Below, in pieces: positions 30,636 to 32,000 of a stretch of DNA of 32,000 nt. Positions within the stretch are counted from its first letter, which is position 1. Every line of letters starts with the position of its first letter. Origin of the DNA: Wigglesworthia glossinidia endosymbiont of Glossina brevipalpis (GTDB lineage: Bacteria; Pseudomonadota; Gammaproteobacteria; Enterobacterales; Enterobacteriaceae). The position numbers and the translations under genes were made by a program. The stretch lies in contig BA000021.3 of the NCBI GenBank assembly GCA_000008885.1, forward strand, positions 300,001 through 332,000. The letters run 5' to 3'. Under the pieces are notes generated by a model that was not told where the DNA came from, did not search any database, and saw only the letters and a list, made by a program, of their open reading frames with translations.

Positions 30636-31544
30636 ATGAAGTACGCACTGGAAATAAAAAAATTAAGAAAAATATATAAAACGAATATATGTGCTATAAA
30701 TTCGATCGATTTAAAAGTAAAAATTGGTGATTTTTATGCTTTGCTAGGTCCAAACGGGGCTGGAAAATCTACAACTATAGGCATATTAAGCAGTTTAATA
30801 AAAAAGAGTTCTGGATTGGTAAAAATATTTGGATATGACATAGACAAAGATAAAATAAACACTAAAAAAAAAATTGGACTTGTTCCTCAAGAGTTTAATT
30901 TTAGTCCATTTGAAACTATAAATCAAATTGTTATCAATCAAGCTGGATTTTATGGAATAAAAAAAAGCATAGCTATTGATAGAGCTAAAAAATATCTCAA
31001 TAAACTAGAACTATGGGATCAAAGAAATAAACCAGCAAGAGTTCTATCTGGAGGAACAAAACGTAGATTAATGATTGCTAGAGCTTTGATGCATAAACCT
31101 AAAGTTTTAATTTTAGATGAACCTACTGCAGGAGTAGATGTAGAAATAAGAAGACTAATATGGAAATTGTTAATAAATCTTAATAAAAATGGCAAAACAA
31201 TAATACTAACTACTCATTATTTTGAAGAAGCAGAATTCTTATGTAATCATATTGGAATAATGCAATATGGAATTTTAATAAAAAATACTTCAATTCAAAA
31301 ATTATTATCTAAAGTTAAATCAGAAAAATTTATTTTAGAATCATCTAGCGATATCTCTAAAATAAAAATTGAAGGATACAATTTTAAAAATTTGCAAAAA
31401 AATACATTAGAAGTTGAAGTTGATAAAAAAAAAGGATTAAATGATTTATTTTTTCAACTTAATTCTCAAAATATACATATAATAAGCATGAGAAACAAGT
31501 CTAACAGATTAGAAGAACTATTCTTAAATTTAGTATCTAAATAA
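30636..31544 (+). CDS. yadG: ABC-2 type transporter ATP-binding protein YadG
   Basis: 302 aa; ALLGPNGAGKSTTIGILSSLI, VLSGGTKRRLMIARALMHKPKVLILDEPTAGVDVEIRR, TTHYFEEAEFLC. Confidence 0.94.
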   Translation: MKYALEIKKLRKIYKTNICAINSIDLKVKIGDFYALLGPNGAGKSTTIGILSSLIKKSSGLVKIFGYDIDKDKINTKKKIGLVPQEFNFSPFETINQIVINQAGFYGIKKSIAIDRAKKYLNKLELWDQRNKPARVLSGGTKRRLMIARALMHKPKVLILDEPTAGVDVEIRRLIWKLLINLNKNGKTIILTTHYFEEAEFLCNHIGIMQYGILIKNTSIQKLLSKVKSEKFILESSSDISKIKIEGYNFKNLQKNTLEVEVDKKKGLNDLFFQLNSQNIHIISMRNKSNRLEELFLNLVSK

Positions 31545-31561
31545 ATTTTATGGAATTGAAA

Positions 31562-32000
31562 ATGAAACAGTCTAATTGGATTGCGTTAAAAAGTATTTTA
31601 TGCAAAGAAATATCTAGATTTTCTAGAATATGGGGTCAAACTTTAGTTCCTCCAGTGATAACTATGATGCTTTATTTTTTTATTTTTGGAAATTTAATTG
31701 GAGTAAATTTAGAAAAAATTCAAGGATTTTCTTATATGGAATTTATCATTCCAGGAATGATAATGATGTCTGTTATTACAAATTCTTATAGTAATGTTTC
31801 TTCTTCTTTTTTTAGCGCTAAATTTCAAAGAAACATAGAAGAAATGTTGATTGCCCCAATCCCAGTTTATGTTATTATTTTTGGATATATAGGAGGAGGA
31901 ATAGCACGCGCAATATGCGTAGGGGGACTAGTAAGTATAGTATCTTTATTTTTTTTGGTTATAAAAATAAAACAATTAATTATAATTTTATCAATATTAA
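31562..32000 (+). CDS. yadH: ABC-2 type transporter permease YadH (partial, runs off window end)
   Basis: ATG at 31562; MKQSNWIALKSILCKEISRFSRIWGQTLVPPVITMMLYFFIFGNLIGVNLEKIQGFSYMEFIIPGMIMMSVITNSYSNVSSSFFSAKFQRNIEEMLIAPIPVYVIIFGYIGGGIAR. Confidence 0.93.
   Translation, partial: MKQSNWIALKSILCKEISRFSRIWGQTLVPPVITMMLYFFIFGNLIGVNLEKIQGFSYMEFIIPGMIMMSVITNSYSNVSSSFFSAKFQRNIEEMLIAPIPVYVIIFGYIGGGIARAICVGGLVSIVSLFFLVIKIKQLIIILSIL

Overview
AT-rich window (very few GC-rich stretches outside groESL) from a highly reduced gammaproteobacterial genome. Protein similarity, recalled from memory of E. coli sequences rather than searched, points to an Enterobacterales-type insect endosymbiont. Gene content in order: polA (5' part, partial), dsbA, groEL, groES, small zinc-ribbon ORF, rplI, rpsR, rpsF, asnS, folK, recC, recB, an eroding recD, a frame-disrupted amiC, an OmpF/OmpC-like porin, dapF, yigB, uvrD, corA, tpiA, fpr, emrD, hslU, hslV, a severely truncated ftsN, rpmE, yadG, yadH (partial). 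I found no defence island, CRISPR array, mobile element or clearly novel multigene system, and I do not want to overstate this. The points most worth checking are: (1) recD has lost its Walker motifs, has an in-frame TAG, and leaves collinear remnants over about 650 bp further downstream in all three forward frames, while RecB and RecC stay full length; (2) amiC is split by a -1/+1-type frame change, and the overlap of the two open frames contains an A10 tract (slippage candidate); (3) FtsN is reduced to about 88 aa (cytoplasmic, TM and PPKP..RW.Y.KELE segment) with no SPOR domain; (4) a near-canonical sigma-32 promoter upstream of groES and a strong GC-rich terminator after groEL; (5) active-site changes in DsbA (CSYC), TPI loops and DapF; (6) priA, priB and xerC are absent from their expected syntenic positions.
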